Source: Patescibacteria group bacterium (GTDB taxonomy: Bacteria; Patescibacteriota; Patescibacteriia; UBA2196). Taken from it: DNA of 64,000 bases. A program made the position numbers and the translations under genes. The stretch is taken from assembly GCA_028748975.1 (NCBI GenBank), contig JAQTPI010000004.1:14734-78733 (forward strand). The letters are read 5' to 3'. This document shows, piece by piece, positions 43,060 through 53,741 of the stretch. Below the pieces are notes generated by a model. That model was not told the DNA's origin. It worked only from the letters and a program-made list of their open reading frames with translations, and did not search any database. Every line of letters starts with the position of its first letter. Position 1 is the stretch's first letter.

Positions 43060-44352
43060 GTGTCTAATTTAAGTATAGCGCTGAATAAAAATTATGTCAA
43101 TATGAATTTCATATCTCTACTCAAAACAGCCTTTAATTCTCTTCGGGCGCATAAGGTGCGATCGGCTTTGACTGTGCTCGGGCTGATGATTGGCGTGACG
43201 TCCATAATTTTGGTTTTGAATATGGGCGAGGGGATTAAAAATTATGTTTTAGGCACTCTTGATGTTTTTGGCGCGGATTTGATTGAGGTGGAAATTAAGG
43301 TACCCAACACCAGTCAAGCTTCATCCGAAAATGCCATGGGCATGGCAAGCGGGGTGTCCATCACTACTTTGAAAATGGAAGACGCTGAAGCGGTTGCCAA
43401 ACATCCAAACGTTCGCGGAATGTACGCGGGACTGATGGGCCAGCAGGTGGTAAGTTTTGAAGATGAACACAACACCTCTTTAATTTGGGGCATGACCGCC
43501 AGTTTTTTTGATCTTTACAACGCGAAGGTGGTAGAAGGCCGTCCATATTTGGAGGAAGAGGATCGGGCGCAGGCGCGGGTGGCGGTGATTGGACCAAAGC
43601 TGAGCGAAAAATTTTTCGCGGGCGGCGAAGCAATCGGGCAATACATTAAAATCGGCAACAAAAAATTCCGAGTGATTGGCGTTATGGAAGAGCAGGGGAC
43701 ATATATGGGGATGATGGATATGGACAGTGTGGTTTATATGCCGGCCAGAACTTTGCAAAAACAAGTTATGGGCGTTGATTATATTCAATACATCATGATG
43801 TTTCCCAAAGACAAAACACAAAGCGCGGCTACGGCGGCTGACATTATTGATATTATGCGCAGCCAACATGAGATAACCGATCCTAATAAAGATGATTTCG
43901 CGGTGACCACAGCCGAGGAAGCCATGAAAATGATGAATACCGTGACTGGCGGCATTACTTTGCTTTTGATGGCGATTGCCGGCATCTCGCTTATTGTCGG
44001 GGGAGTGGGAATTATGAATATTATGTATGTGTCGGTTTCCGAGCGCACTTATGAAATTGGTTTAAGAAAAGCGATTGGCGCGACTTCGGGAAATATTTTA
44101 TGGCAGTTCATGTGGGAAGCAATTTTTTTAACTTTTATGGGCGGAGTTGTCGGCGTGGTTTTTGGCACTTTATTAAGTTTTATTTCGGCGCTGGCTGCCA
44201 AGTCGTTTGGCATTGATTGGGGGTTTAATTTTTCCGTGCCAGGATTATTTTTGGCCGTGGGATTTTCCGTGGCCGTGGGTTTGATTTTTGGCGTGCGGCC
44301 AGCCCGCCATGCCGCGAGTTTAGAGCCAGTGGAGGCGATGAGGATGGAATAA
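43060..44352 (+). CDS. Second ABC transporter permease of the MacB/FtsX family.
   Basis: Same architecture as 41350..42582 (LRKAIGATSGNILWQFMWEAIFLT...). The start may be the internal ATG near 43105. Confidence 0.85.
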   Translation: MSNLSIALNKNYVNMNFISLLKTAFNSLRAHKVRSALTVLGLMIGVTSIILVLNMGEGIKNYVLGTLDVFGADLIEVEIKVPNTSQASSENAMGMASGVSITTLKMEDAEAVAKHPNVRGMYAGLMGQQVVSFEDEHNTSLIWGMTASFFDLYNAKVVEGRPYLEEEDRAQARVAVIGPKLSEKFFAGGEAIGQYIKIGNKKFRVIGVMEEQGTYMGMMDMDSVVYMPARTLQKQVMGVDYIQYIMMFPKDKTQSAATAADIIDIMRSQHEITDPNKDDFAVTTAEEAMKMMNTVTGGITLLLMAIAGISLIVGGVGIMNIMYVSVSERTYEIGLRKAIGATSGNILWQFMWEAIFLTFMGGVVGVVFGTLLSFISALAAKSFGIDWGFNFSVPGLFLAVGFSVAVGLIFGVRPARHAASLEPVEAMRME

Positions 44353-44946
44353 AATTAGAACCAAGAACTAAGGAGCAACTTCTAATAATTTGAAGAACGG
44401 GCAAACGCCTATTTTTTTTAGTTTCAGATAATTGGGCCAGTAGGAATCTGGCATAAAACAGCATAGTTTAAGGGCGTTTAAAAAATCAAAAAGAATTAAA
44501 GGAAAAAATAGTAAAAAATTTAATCTAGGGATGTGAAAAAACATTAAATAAATACCAAAAAATTCAAAATAAATACCAAAAAATTCAAAAATAATTAAAA
44601 TTTAATGCCAGAAATCTTCAATTTTACCCAATTTTTAATGGTTTTAAGGCTGAAATTTGCTATTTTAAATAAGAGATGAACGGGGAATGAGGCAGTGAAT
44701 TTTGCTGGAATCAGGCCTGTTTTTATGTAAATTTTCTATTGAAAAGCAGAAATTTTCTATAAGGCCACCTAGCGTTGTTTTTTAGTCCCTGTTTTTGTGG
44801 ATAAATTGGCAAAGGTTAAAAAGAAAAAACTGGGAATCAAAGAAAGGCAGTGTATAACTTCAAAAAAATTTTAAAGTTAATAAACTTTTATGAGCAAAGA
44901 AGCGCGCATATCGGCCCTTTTTAAGCTTATTGGAGACAAATTTTTT

Positions 44947-44974
44947 GAAAGCCGATAAACGTTTATCGGCTTTC
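44947..44974. promoter_or_regulatory. 28-bp perfect palindrome gaaagccgataaacgtttatcggctttc, immediately upstream of the -35 element of the giant-gene promoter.
   Basis: Direct reading. A possible operator, or the terminator of upstream transcription. Confidence 0.5.
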
Positions 44975-44984
44975 AAAATTTTAT

Positions 44985-45013
44985 TTGACTTTTTGGTTTT
45001 TTTGCGCTATAAT
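44985..45013 (+). promoter_or_regulatory. Sigma-70 consensus promoter TTGACT-17-TATAAT heading an about 290-nt leader before giant gene 45306.
   Basis: ttgactttttggtttttttgcgctataat. The same architecture is seen at 53368. Confidence 0.6.
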
Positions 45014-45305
45014 TAATATAGAGACAAATTAGGTTTGTTCGCCAAGTCAAAGGGGGCGTCTCGGAAACGCTCAGGTGGGTTGAAAAACCACCACCAATGA
45101 CCTGAAGAGGATCCTGTTTATAGCCTTTGGCTAAGACAGGGTTTCGGAACAAAAAAGTTAATTAAAATCTTGATTTACTGGTGCTTAAAAGCACGAGGCC
45201 ATTTTGTTTAGCCAAAAACGTTTTTAGGAGATGTTTAAGGGCGCTATATATGTATATAATAGAAATAAATAAATAAAAATAAATTAAAATAAAAATAAAT
45301 TCCCC

Positions 45306-48300
45306 ATGTTCCGTTGTCAAAATTACCATGCTCAAAAGACAGAAAACCACGCTCAAGAAAAGAGTCGTGGTTTTATTTCTTTAACCGAGGCGGCGGAGCT
45401 ATGCACTTACTCACAGGAATATCTATCACTTTTGGCCAGACGGGGGGAACTTCGGGCGCAGAAGTTTGGCAACAACTGGTTTACTAAAACTAAATGGCTG
45501 AAAAAATACGTGGCAGAACACGCCGAAGGCACCATCCTTAATGGCAAGGGAAAATTTTTGGCGAAAGAAAAGATGGCCATGGATTTTAGGAGTTTTAGAG
45601 AAGAAGTTGAGGATTTGATTATGACAGCGAAGAAAAAAACAGTAGCGGTTGGCAGAGGCGGATTGGTGGCCGCGGTGGCATTAGCAATGGTGACCGGAGC
45701 GATTTTGGTCAAACCAAATTATGTGAGAGATTTTGCGCTGACGGAAATTAAATTGGCGCGCATTGGAGTTGGTGAAATTAAAAATATTTTGTGGAGCGAT
45801 GGCGTGATTCGGTTTGGAGTACAGATGAAAGAGGTGGTGCTGGGCATGAAGGAAGATTTTTTAGTAGCTGATAATTTATCGTCTGACCCTCTCCAAACTT
45901 CCTCCCTAGCAAGGGGAAGAGCTTACGGACTAGTGGCGGGAGCAAAGACCGATGAAATTTGGAAAAATTTTGTTGGTAAACTTAATCGAATAAAGATTTT
46001 GAATGTCAACATGGCGCAAAATTTTGAAAATTCCGATCAGGAAATTTATTTGGTACATAATTATTGGCAAAAAATTGGAGGACTGGCAGATAATTTCATT
46101 CCGATTTTTTCTTTTGTAAAAAGAGAGAGCTCACAAATTATCGATGGCGCGGCAAAAATTATTGGCAAAGCCGGAGAGAGAATTGATCGCTCGACCGCTA
46201 ATTTTGGCGGAAAAATTGGCGAGTGGTTTTCATCTTTCCAAAAAACAGAATGGGATCCACAATTGTTAAGTCAGTTAGCAAAGAAAACCCAAGAGACACA
46301 GATTGTTTATCAAACGAATAACATAATCAACAACACAACTTTGGTCAGTGGAAATAAAACAACTGCCGGGCCGGGCGTAATTGACACACAGGGAACAACC
46401 GGCATTAACGGCGCAACTGGCAAAACTGGCAGCCAAGGGCCACGCGGTGAAAAAGGTGAAACCGGGCCACAAGGATTACAGGGAATACAAGGACCAGCCG
46501 GTATCTGTGGTGGAACATGTTCGGGTAGTGGCGGTTCGGTTACCAATATTTACAATGTGGGCGTGCAAGGCGCCACGGCCCATGATGGCGCGGGTAGTTC
46601 GCTGGCCACTAAATATTTGGGCGCAGGCGAACTCTCGGTTTCCGGCAACACCAGCTTAGTTGGCGTCTTGACAGTGGGGGGCGGCGCTTCTTTTAGCAGT
46701 GGCGTGTCCATTGCCGGCATCTTGAATGGCGGCAACGCGACTTTTGGCGGTGTTTCCATGGCCACATTGAATGCCACAACCACCAATGCTGACAGTCTTT
46801 ATATTTTTAATAATGCCACGACCACGGGCGCGCAATATATCGGCGGAGATTTAACTGTGGCTGGTACTGCGGTTTTCACTGGTGGCAGTTCTTTCAATTC
46901 CATCACGACGACTGATACGGCCTACATTGGTGGCAGAAGTTTTTTGATGGGCAACGTCGGCATCGGCACCACAAATGCTACGGCCACCCTGCTTGTTATT
47001 AGCGACCAATATGAAGGCGCAAAATTCGTAGTGGCCTCATCCACGGCTTTGGCTACGCCGAGTTTGTATGTTGATAAAGGAGGCAACGTAGGCATTGGCA
47101 AAACTAATCCCGAATTTAAATTGGATGTTGCGGGAATAATAAATGCCACCTCTTTGTATGTTGATGGCAGTCCCTATGTTGGTAGCCAATGGACAACAGC
47201 TGTTAATGATATTTATTATAATACTGGTAATGTAGGCATTGGCATTACTAACCCAGCTGCTTTGTTTGAAATCGCCACAACCACAACTGACTGGGCCGCG
47301 GGAACTCGTCCTTTAATGCGCGTGGCCACGAAGACCACGGAGGCGTTGTATGTGGGAGCGAGCGGGAATGTGGGAATTGGGACGACCGTGCCGACATCCA
47401 CTTTGCAGGTGGCTGGTAATTTCAATATCACCACCACTTCGGCTTTGACGACTAATCAAAGTGTTTTCTTTGTGAACAATGCGACGAAGAACGTGGGAAT
47501 TGGCACCACCGCGCCAGGAGCTAAATTAGAAGTCAATGGCTCAATCCTTCCAAGTTCAAGTTTGGCCAATGATTTGGGAAGCGGAACTCGCTATTATAAC
47601 AATGGCTATATTTATACACTTGATCAGGGTGGCGGCGTTATTCAAAATACTACTTATATAAAATCTCAAGGCAGTTTGGGTATATTTCCTTTTAGCGGCG
47701 GCACCACCGCAACTTTAAGAATTGGCTCCTTGCCAGGCCAAGGCACAACTTATTCTTATAAAGATATTTATTTTGACACAGCGGATGTTAATAGAATGTA
47801 TATTGCCAATGCGGGCAACGTCGGCATCGGCACGACTAATCCACAGGGCGCATTGTCCGTGATGAATGGTAATGTGGGCATTGGCACCACCAATCCCGGC
47901 GCTTTATTTGAAATCGCTACGACCACGACTGACTGGGCCGCGGGAACTCGTCCTTTAATGCGCGTGGCCACGAAGACAACAGAAGCTTTTTATATCGCGG
48001 CAAGCGGAAACGTCGGCATTGGGACGACGAATCCGCAATACAAATTTGATATTGCTGGCTATGCTTCTTCTACCCAAGATATTTACGCGGCGAACCTTGG
48101 TTATAATGAAGGCATGTTGGAAGACCCAACCATTATTGACGCAACCGGTGCGGCAATTAATATTTCAGCAGCTTATGTTTTAATCCGTTCCAGTAGTGAT
48201 TGGACTGGTTATAAACTAGAAAGACATTTGGTGCCGGCAAATACCGCTTTAGCTTTAACCGATAATGATCTTAACTACGTTTATATTAATTATAATAGCG

Positions 48301-51300
48301 GTTCGCCAATTTACGCCGCTACCACCAATCGTGATGTAATTAATAACTCCAATGCCGTGCCAGTATCAAGAATTATGATGACTTCCGGCAATATTGAATA
48401 CAAAATTAATTATGGCGCGATTGGTAAATCAGTGGCCATCCGCAATTTTGACCGCGTGATGCGCACCCGCGGCATAACCGGCATTGAAAGAGAAAGCGGC
48501 TTAGCCATTTCTGAAAGTGCTTCTCGTGTTTTGTCTGTTACTTCGGGTTACGTCTGGTTTGGCATGGATAGAATTACAATTGATGCCATGACTGTCGGCA
48601 CTGGCGGAGCCACGGCAGAAGTTTGGTATCATTCGGGCGGCAATTGGGTTGCTTCTTCCACGCCGACTTATGAACATTTAAGTTATGATAATGGTACAAA
48701 TTTAACCACGCTTACCGCCAACCGTTACGCCGTGAACTGGGTTTTTCGCAATGTGGCCAATGGAGCCGAAATTGATATTATTTTGGGTTCTGGTGATTAT
48801 ACTTTAGCCCAAGCTGAAGCCAGCATGCTACCATCTTTGCCAGAAGAGGTTACTAATTTTTATGCTTTGGTTGCTAGAATTATTATTAAGAAAAATAACA
48901 CAGTGGCTTACGCCATTGAAAATGAAGCAGATTTTTCTTTCCGGCAGGCCGCGGTAACCATTCATAATGATTTGTCTTCAATTCAGGGTGGCACCACAGG
49001 CGAGTATTATCACTTAACCGCGTCCGAACAAATAGAACTGAACGGCTGGCTGGATGATGCCATTTTGACTTCCACTGGTGGTTTAAGTGTTAATTCCGCC
49101 ACTACCACGGGCTCATTTTATTTTCCCGGCGGCGTAGTTATGGAAAACGGTAATGTGGGAATTGGAACAACAGTGCCGACTTCCACCTTGCAGGTGGCTG
49201 GTAATTTTAATATCACCACCACTTCGGCTTTGACTACAAATGAAAGTGTTTTCTTTGTGAACAATGCAACAAAGAATGTGGGAATTGGGACGACAACCCC
49301 CCTAACTTCATTAAGTGTTCAGGGAGCGCCGGGAAAGCCAGTAATGAACATTGCTTCTTCCACCGGAGCTTCATTACTATATGTGGGTGAAGATGGAAAG
49401 GTCAATATTGGTGGTGAATTTACAGGGGCATACAAATCATCATTAAATGTAACAGGTAATGCGGTTGTGACCGGTATCATTTATGGCCCGAGTTATGGGG
49501 CAACAATTAATATGTCCACCGGCAAGTTAACAAACACCAGTTCGGCAATGGAATTTGATTGGACTAACGGCTTATGGTCTACTTATCGCACTAACATTAC
49601 TTTGTATCCTTACGGGGCATATGATGAAGGCGGGGGAAAAATTATACTTAAAGGCAATGTTGGCATCGGGACGACAAATCCACAAGGTGCCTTGTCGGTG
49701 ATGAATGGTAATGTGGGCATTGGCATGACGAATCCTATAGCAGTATTTGAAATTGCTACCACCTCCAATGATTGGGTTGGTGGGAGTAATGTTCCTTTAA
49801 TGCGGGTGTCTACCAAAACGACGGAAGTTTTCTATATAAATGCTACGGGCAATGTCGGCATCGGGACAACTGCACCTTTGGCAAAACTTAACGCTTCCTC
49901 CACCACGGCGCAGTTAAGATTAACCAATGGCGAAACTGTCAGCACTAATTTTACTGATTTTAATGTTCTCTCAGCCGGTGATTTGATTATTGACCCACAA
50001 GGCACGGCTACGACTACTTTTGTGCGGAGTAATCTGAAAGTGGAGGGAAATGCGACGACAACAGGAAGTTTGGTGGTAGGCAATCCGACTGGCGGCGGCA
50101 TGGGTGCCGGTACAATTAATGCCGAACACACCCTTTATGTGAATGGCGCAGATTACGCGGAATATTTTTTAACTAATGATGTTGACTTGCAACCAGGCGA
50201 AGCAGTTTGTATTGATGTCACTAATGACAAAGCGGTTAAAAGATGCTACCGTGGCGCTGACCCGGACATCATTGGTATCGTTTCTACTAAGCCGGCGCTT
50301 GTTGGTAATAATCAAGAATTTGACGGGGAAACCGTGATTGTCGGTTTAATCGGCCAGGTGCCAGCTTTTGCTTCCGTTGAAAACGGAATTATTCGGCCGG
50401 GCGATTCTTTAACTTCGGCTTCCTCCACCCCGGGCTATTTAATGAAAGCGAGCGCGGGCGATTCCACCGTGGGCGTGGCTTTGACCGGACTTCAAAATGG
50501 CACTGGTGGTATTAATGTTTTAATTTCCAGAAGGAATAAATCTTTGACCGTGGAACAAGTGGAAGAACAGGTGACGAAGCGCGTGGCCGACATGAAAATT
50601 GAGGATGAAGTGAACATGATGGTCTCGGACGCCGTGAGGACACTGGGTGTTGATGAACAAATTAAACTTTTGGATTTGAAAGTGGTGGAGTTGGAAGAAA
50701 AAGAGAAGCTAGCGGTTAAATCATTTGACGAGGTTACAGCCAATAATTTAAAAATTATTACTTTAGCTGAAATAGAAGAATTAAAAGCGAAAAATATTAT
50801 GACGGAAAAGATAACCGCTGATATGGCTCAAGCCACAACTGGCAATTTCCAAGAATTGGTGCTCGGGACAAGTGAAGAGAGAATAGAGAATAGCGAAGAG
50901 CAGGCTGCAACGACGGCGACGACAACCAATGAAGGGGAAAGAGAGAAGAGCGAAGAGTTATTGGTAAACAACAAACAAGTGCGGATTACGGTGATTGACG
51001 ATCCAGATGATAGTGAAGTCAGAATTAAAATCTCCGGCGGGGCGGAATTTGGCGGCACGGTTAAGGTGGTGAATTTGGAAGTGGGTGGTAAAATTACAAT
51101 TAAGGGCGGGGCGGAATTTTTGGGTGAAGCTACTTTCAGAAATAATTTGAATCTGGAAAGTGCTTTAACCCGAACCTATCAAGAAAAGAAAGATGAAATG
51201 TTAAAAATTGGCGACGCGGTTTATATTTCCGGCGACAATGAAGTGGCCAGAGCTTTTGCCGACATTGTTGACGGAAGCGGCATGTTTAAACCAGCCATAG

Positions 51301-51938
51301 GCATAGTAATTGGGTTTGAGGATAAAAATACGGGCGAAACGAAATCCCTTGTTGCCGGCGCTCCGCGGGACAACATCACTGTGAGGGTTGCAATTGGCGG
51401 CACGATTGGCGGATTTAGTAACCTTTTGCCGGGCGTGACCTACTATTTATCTGATGTGGAAACCGCGATTTTGGCTAATAAGACTACCGCCGAGATTGGT
51501 GACGGTGAATTTAGTGCCATTAGTTCGCTGACCAATTCTCCGGCGCAAGAAGTCGGCGTCTTTTTCCAGCCACTGGCAGTGGCCGAATCCACCAGCACCT
51601 TACTAATTATGCCTTCGCTTGTGTATCAGGAATACAACAAAGAAATGAGTTTAGCGCCAGCGGAATACGAACCAATTTATGTAGAGAATTTAAATTCGGA
51701 GATTAACAACCAGCCAGTTTCACCAAGAGTGGAGGAACAGCCAATAATAGATAATCCACAGTCAATCACTGACAGCACGCCAGCAACAACCACCGACGCA
51801 ATTACGGCCACTTCCACTCCGGTGATTGAAGAAATTACACCACCAGTCACAGAAGAAATCGTGTCGGCAGAGGAGCCGTTGGTAATAACCGAGGCGCCGC
51901 CAGTGGGGGAGGTGGTAGTGGAGGTACCGGTGGAATAA
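45306..51938 (+). CDS. Giant (2210 aa) fibre-like surface protein: N-terminal excisionase-type HTH-like region, one TM helix, a collagen Gly-X-Y tract, a long array of tail-fibre-like GNVGIGTTNP repeats and a C-terminal intramolecular-chaperone (peptidase S74-like) region.
   Basis: N-terminus ISLTEAAELCTYSQEYLSLLARRGELRAQKFGNNWF resembles the HTH_17 pattern. TM helix VAAVALAMVTGAILV. Collagen-like GPRGEKGETGPQGLQGIQGPAG. More than 15 repeats of GNVGIGTT.P...L.V / ALFEIATTTTDWAAGTRPLMRVATKTTEA. C-terminus ...DYAEYF...DPDIIGIVSTKPALVGNN.... Confidence 0.8.
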   Translation: MFRCQNYHAQKTENHAQEKSRGFISLTEAAELCTYSQEYLSLLARRGELRAQKFGNNWFTKTKWLKKYVAEHAEGTILNGKGKFLAKEKMAMDFRSFREEVEDLIMTAKKKTVAVGRGGLVAAVALAMVTGAILVKPNYVRDFALTEIKLARIGVGEIKNILWSDGVIRFGVQMKEVVLGMKEDFLVADNLSSDPLQTSSLARGRAYGLVAGAKTDEIWKNFVGKLNRIKILNVNMAQNFENSDQEIYLVHNYWQKIGGLADNFIPIFSFVKRESSQIIDGAAKIIGKAGERIDRSTANFGGKIGEWFSSFQKTEWDPQLLSQLAKKTQETQIVYQTNNIINNTTLVSGNKTTAGPGVIDTQGTTGINGATGKTGSQGPRGEKGETGPQGLQGIQGPAGICGGTCSGSGGSVTNIYNVGVQGATAHDGAGSSLATKYLGAGELSVSGNTSLVGVLTVGGGASFSSGVSIAGILNGGNATFGGVSMATLNATTTNADSLYIFNNATTTGAQYIGGDLTVAGTAVFTGGSSFNSITTTDTAYIGGRSFLMGNVGIGTTNATATLLVISDQYEGAKFVVASSTALATPSLYVDKGGNVGIGKTNPEFKLDVAGIINATSLYVDGSPYVGSQWTTAVNDIYYNTGNVGIGITNPAALFEIATTTTDWAAGTRPLMRVATKTTEALYVGASGNVGIGTTVPTSTLQVAGNFNITTTSALTTNQSVFFVNNATKNVGIGTTAPGAKLEVNGSILPSSSLANDLGSGTRYYNNGYIYTLDQGGGVIQNTTYIKSQGSLGIFPFSGGTTATLRIGSLPGQGTTYSYKDIYFDTADVNRMYIANAGNVGIGTTNPQGALSVMNGNVGIGTTNPGALFEIATTTTDWAAGTRPLMRVATKTTEAFYIAASGNVGIGTTNPQYKFDIAGYASSTQDIYAANLGYNEGMLEDPTIIDATGAAINISAAYVLIRSSSDWTGYKLERHLVPANTALALTDNDLNYVYINYNSGSPIYAATTNRDVINNSNAVPVSRIMMTSGNIEYKINYGAIGKSVAIRNFDRVMRTRGITGIERESGLAISESASRVLSVTSGYVWFGMDRITIDAMTVGTGGATAEVWYHSGGNWVASSTPTYEHLSYDNGTNLTTLTANRYAVNWVFRNVANGAEIDIILGSGDYTLAQAEASMLPSLPEEVTNFYALVARIIIKKNNTVAYAIENEADFSFRQAAVTIHNDLSSIQGGTTGEYYHLTASEQIELNGWLDDAILTSTGGLSVNSATTTGSFYFPGGVVMENGNVGIGTTVPTSTLQVAGNFNITTTSALTTNESVFFVNNATKNVGIGTTTPLTSLSVQGAPGKPVMNIASSTGASLLYVGEDGKVNIGGEFTGAYKSSLNVTGNAVVTGIIYGPSYGATINMSTGKLTNTSSAMEFDWTNGLWSTYRTNITLYPYGAYDEGGGKIILKGNVGIGTTNPQGALSVMNGNVGIGMTNPIAVFEIATTSNDWVGGSNVPLMRVSTKTTEVFYINATGNVGIGTTAPLAKLNASSTTAQLRLTNGETVSTNFTDFNVLSAGDLIIDPQGTATTTFVRSNLKVEGNATTTGSLVVGNPTGGGMGAGTINAEHTLYVNGADYAEYFLTNDVDLQPGEAVCIDVTNDKAVKRCYRGADPDIIGIVSTKPALVGNNQEFDGETVIVGLIGQVPAFASVENGIIRPGDSLTSASSTPGYLMKASAGDSTVGVALTGLQNGTGGINVLISRRNKSLTVEQVEEQVTKRVADMKIEDEVNMMVSDAVRTLGVDEQIKLLDLKVVELEEKEKLAVKSFDEVTANNLKIITLAEIEELKAKNIMTEKITADMAQATTGNFQELVLGTSEERIENSEEQAATTATTTNEGEREKSEELLVNNKQVRITVIDDPDDSEVRIKISGGAEFGGTVKVVNLEVGGKITIKGGAEFLGEATFRNNLNLESALTRTYQEKKDEMLKIGDAVYISGDNEVARAFADIVDGSGMFKPAIGIVIGFEDKNTGETKSLVAGAPRDNITVRVAIGGTIGGFSNLLPGVTYYLSDVETAILANKTTAEIGDGEFSAISSLTNSPAQEVGVFFQPLAVAESTSTLLIMPSLVYQEYNKEMSLAPAEYEPIYVENLNSEINNQPVSPRVEEQPIIDNPQSITDSTPATTTDAITATSTPVIEEITPPVTEEIVSAEEPLVITEAPPVGEVVVEVPVE
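45343..45380 (+). promoter_or_regulatory. Intragenic hairpin plus U-tract (aaaaccacg-N14-cgtggtttt atttct) 38 nt into the giant ORF; candidate attenuator, conserved in the paralogue at 53779..53816.
   Basis: The same 9-bp stem and trailing T-run occur in both genes within about 88%-identical 5' coding sequence. Confidence 0.45.
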
Positions 51939-52171
51939 TTTAATAATTCAACTTTTCTTGTTTACTTGCGCACCGGGCGGCAGGGGAGTATAATATATTA
52001 GTAACAGAATAACGAAGTAATAAAGGGAAATAGGGATATAAGGATATAAAAAATAAAATTATTTTATTATCAATATAAATTATTTTACGAATTCATATAT
52101 TCGCCCGCCTTGCCCGCTTCGCAGCGAGGCGAGCCGACGAGGCAGGTACAATTCGTAATTCGTAGGATTCT

Positions 52172-52612
52172 ATGGAAGAACAACAACCAATAAAAAACTA
52201 TTCTTATAAAATTACCACGAGTGGCTGGGTGGTGATTGGTATTATAGTTTTGGCGGTGATTGGCAGCGTTTTATTTTTTATCAGCAAAAAAAGCGGAGGC
52301 TTGAACAAAAACAGTTCTGATTGGCAAGCAATCTTTTTGTCCAATGGGCAAACATATTTTGGACAGGTAGTTTCTGAAAACAATGACAGCGTGATCATCA
52401 GAAATGTTTATTATTTGGTAGGCATGACAAGCCCGCAAGAAATAAGCGAAACAGATAAAAACAAAGATTTTTCTTTAATTAAGTTAGGCAGTGAAGTTCA
52501 TGGACCAATTGATGAAATGCGCATCAATCGAAATCATATTTTGTTTGTAGAAGATTTGCGCGCTGATTCCAAAATCGTGAAAGCGATTGACGAGTATCAG
52601 AAGAAGAAGTAA
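52172..52612 (+). CDS. Small membrane-anchored hypothetical protein (146 aa).
   Basis: One N-terminal TM helix (WVVIGIIVLAVIGSVLFFI), followed by a strong terminator. Confidence 0.55.
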   Translation: MEEQQPIKNYSYKITTSGWVVIGIIVLAVIGSVLFFISKKSGGLNKNSSDWQAIFLSNGQTYFGQVVSENNDSVIIRNVYYLVGMTSPQEISETDKNKDFSLIKLGSEVHGPIDEMRINRNHILFVEDLRADSKIVKAIDEYQKKK

Positions 52613-52641
52613 TAAGTAATAAGGAAAATAAAAAACAAAAA

Positions 52642-52664
52642 AACGAGCAAGACTCGTTTTTTTG
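52642..52664 (+). terminator. Rho-independent terminator.
   Basis: acgag-caaga-ctcgt followed by ttttttt. Confidence 0.8.
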
Positions 52665-52743
52665 TTTGAAGATATCTATCCTTTGTTACCCTGTTACTCT
52701 GTTACTCTGTTACTTTGTTATTATGTTATTTTTTATTTATTAG

Positions 52744-52800
52744 TTACGAGATCCCTCGACTCCGGCCGACTATTGTCGGCCTTCGCTCGGGATAAACTAA
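52744..52800. repeat. Family-A palindromic element.
   Basis: acgagatccctcgactccggccgactattgtcggccttcgctcgggataaactaa. Confidence 0.85.
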
Positions 52801-53137
52801 AAAAATACAAAACAATTCCCAAATAAATACTAAAAAAATTAAGAAAATTAAATCAAAACAATTCAATAAATAAATAAAACAATAATTCTAATTATTGGTG
52901 AATAAAAAATATAAAATAAATTAAAATAAATAATAAAAAATACTAAAATTTGAGAGAAAAACACCTGATTTTTAAAAAGTAGGGGAAAAAGATGGCCATT
53001 TTTTGGCCCTAGGATGCCCGTTGAAAGGTTTTTTGATGGAGGACACCAAAACTACCATTAAAAAACGCGCCAGGGAAAAATTGAGGGAAGTTTTTTAGTA
53101 AAACAAGATCCTTTGCTCTGAGTTTTCGGAGTTTAGG

Positions 53138-53176
53138 ACGCCGTTGTTTTATTGCAACAAAACAACGGCGTTTTTG
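53138..53176 (+). terminator. Strong rho-independent terminator (13-bp stem).
   Basis: acgccgttgtttt-attgcaac-aaaacaacggcgt followed by ttttt. Confidence 0.75.
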
Positions 53177-53367
53177 TGGATAAGTGCCATCTTTTTTTTA
53201 TAAAAATTTAAAAAACGAGAAAAACGGTTGTGTATAAGTGGAGTGCGACAAAAATTGATTTATAAAATATTTTCTGGAAACAATGCCCAAAAAACGTATT
53301 TTACGACTATTTGGCGCCTAGTTGATGCATATTGCATATCTGGAAGGTAATATCGGATAGAAATTGA

Positions 53368-53396
53368 TTGACTTTTGGTATTTTTCGCGATATAAT
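53368..53396 (+). promoter_or_regulatory. Sigma-70 consensus promoter TTGACT-17-TATAAT heading the leader of the second giant gene.
   Basis: ttgacttttggtatttttcgcgatataat. It parallels 44985. Confidence 0.6.
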
Positions 53397-53741
53397 TAAT
53401 ACAGGAAAGCTAAATTTTTAGGAACCAACACCAGATATGCGACGCCTCGGACGCGTCCGGAAACCCCAACAGGTTTTCTAAAACTGGTTTTGGTAAATTT
53501 TACTCCGCTTTGAGTCAGGCAAACAAAAAAGCCCACTCGAGCCAGGCAATAGGGTTTTGGAAAGCGTAAATTAATTAGGATTTTTAATTTACTTGGTGCC
53601 AAAAGCACGAGGTGAGCTTGTTTTAATTATAGCATAATTTTTAAAGCAAGGCAAACGGCCTATATATGTATATATATTAATATATAAAAAATAAAATATA
53701 AAATATAAAAAATTTATATTGAAAATTGAAAATTAACTTCC

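Noticed and set aside
44870-44945. 23-codon ORF (MSKEARISALFKLIGDKFFESR) upstream of the giant-gene promoter, and a 20-codon ORF at 53036..53098.
   Set aside because: They are too short, have no Shine-Dalgarno sequence or conservation evidence, and lie in AT-rich leader DNA where random ORFs are expected. They are mentioned only as possibilities.
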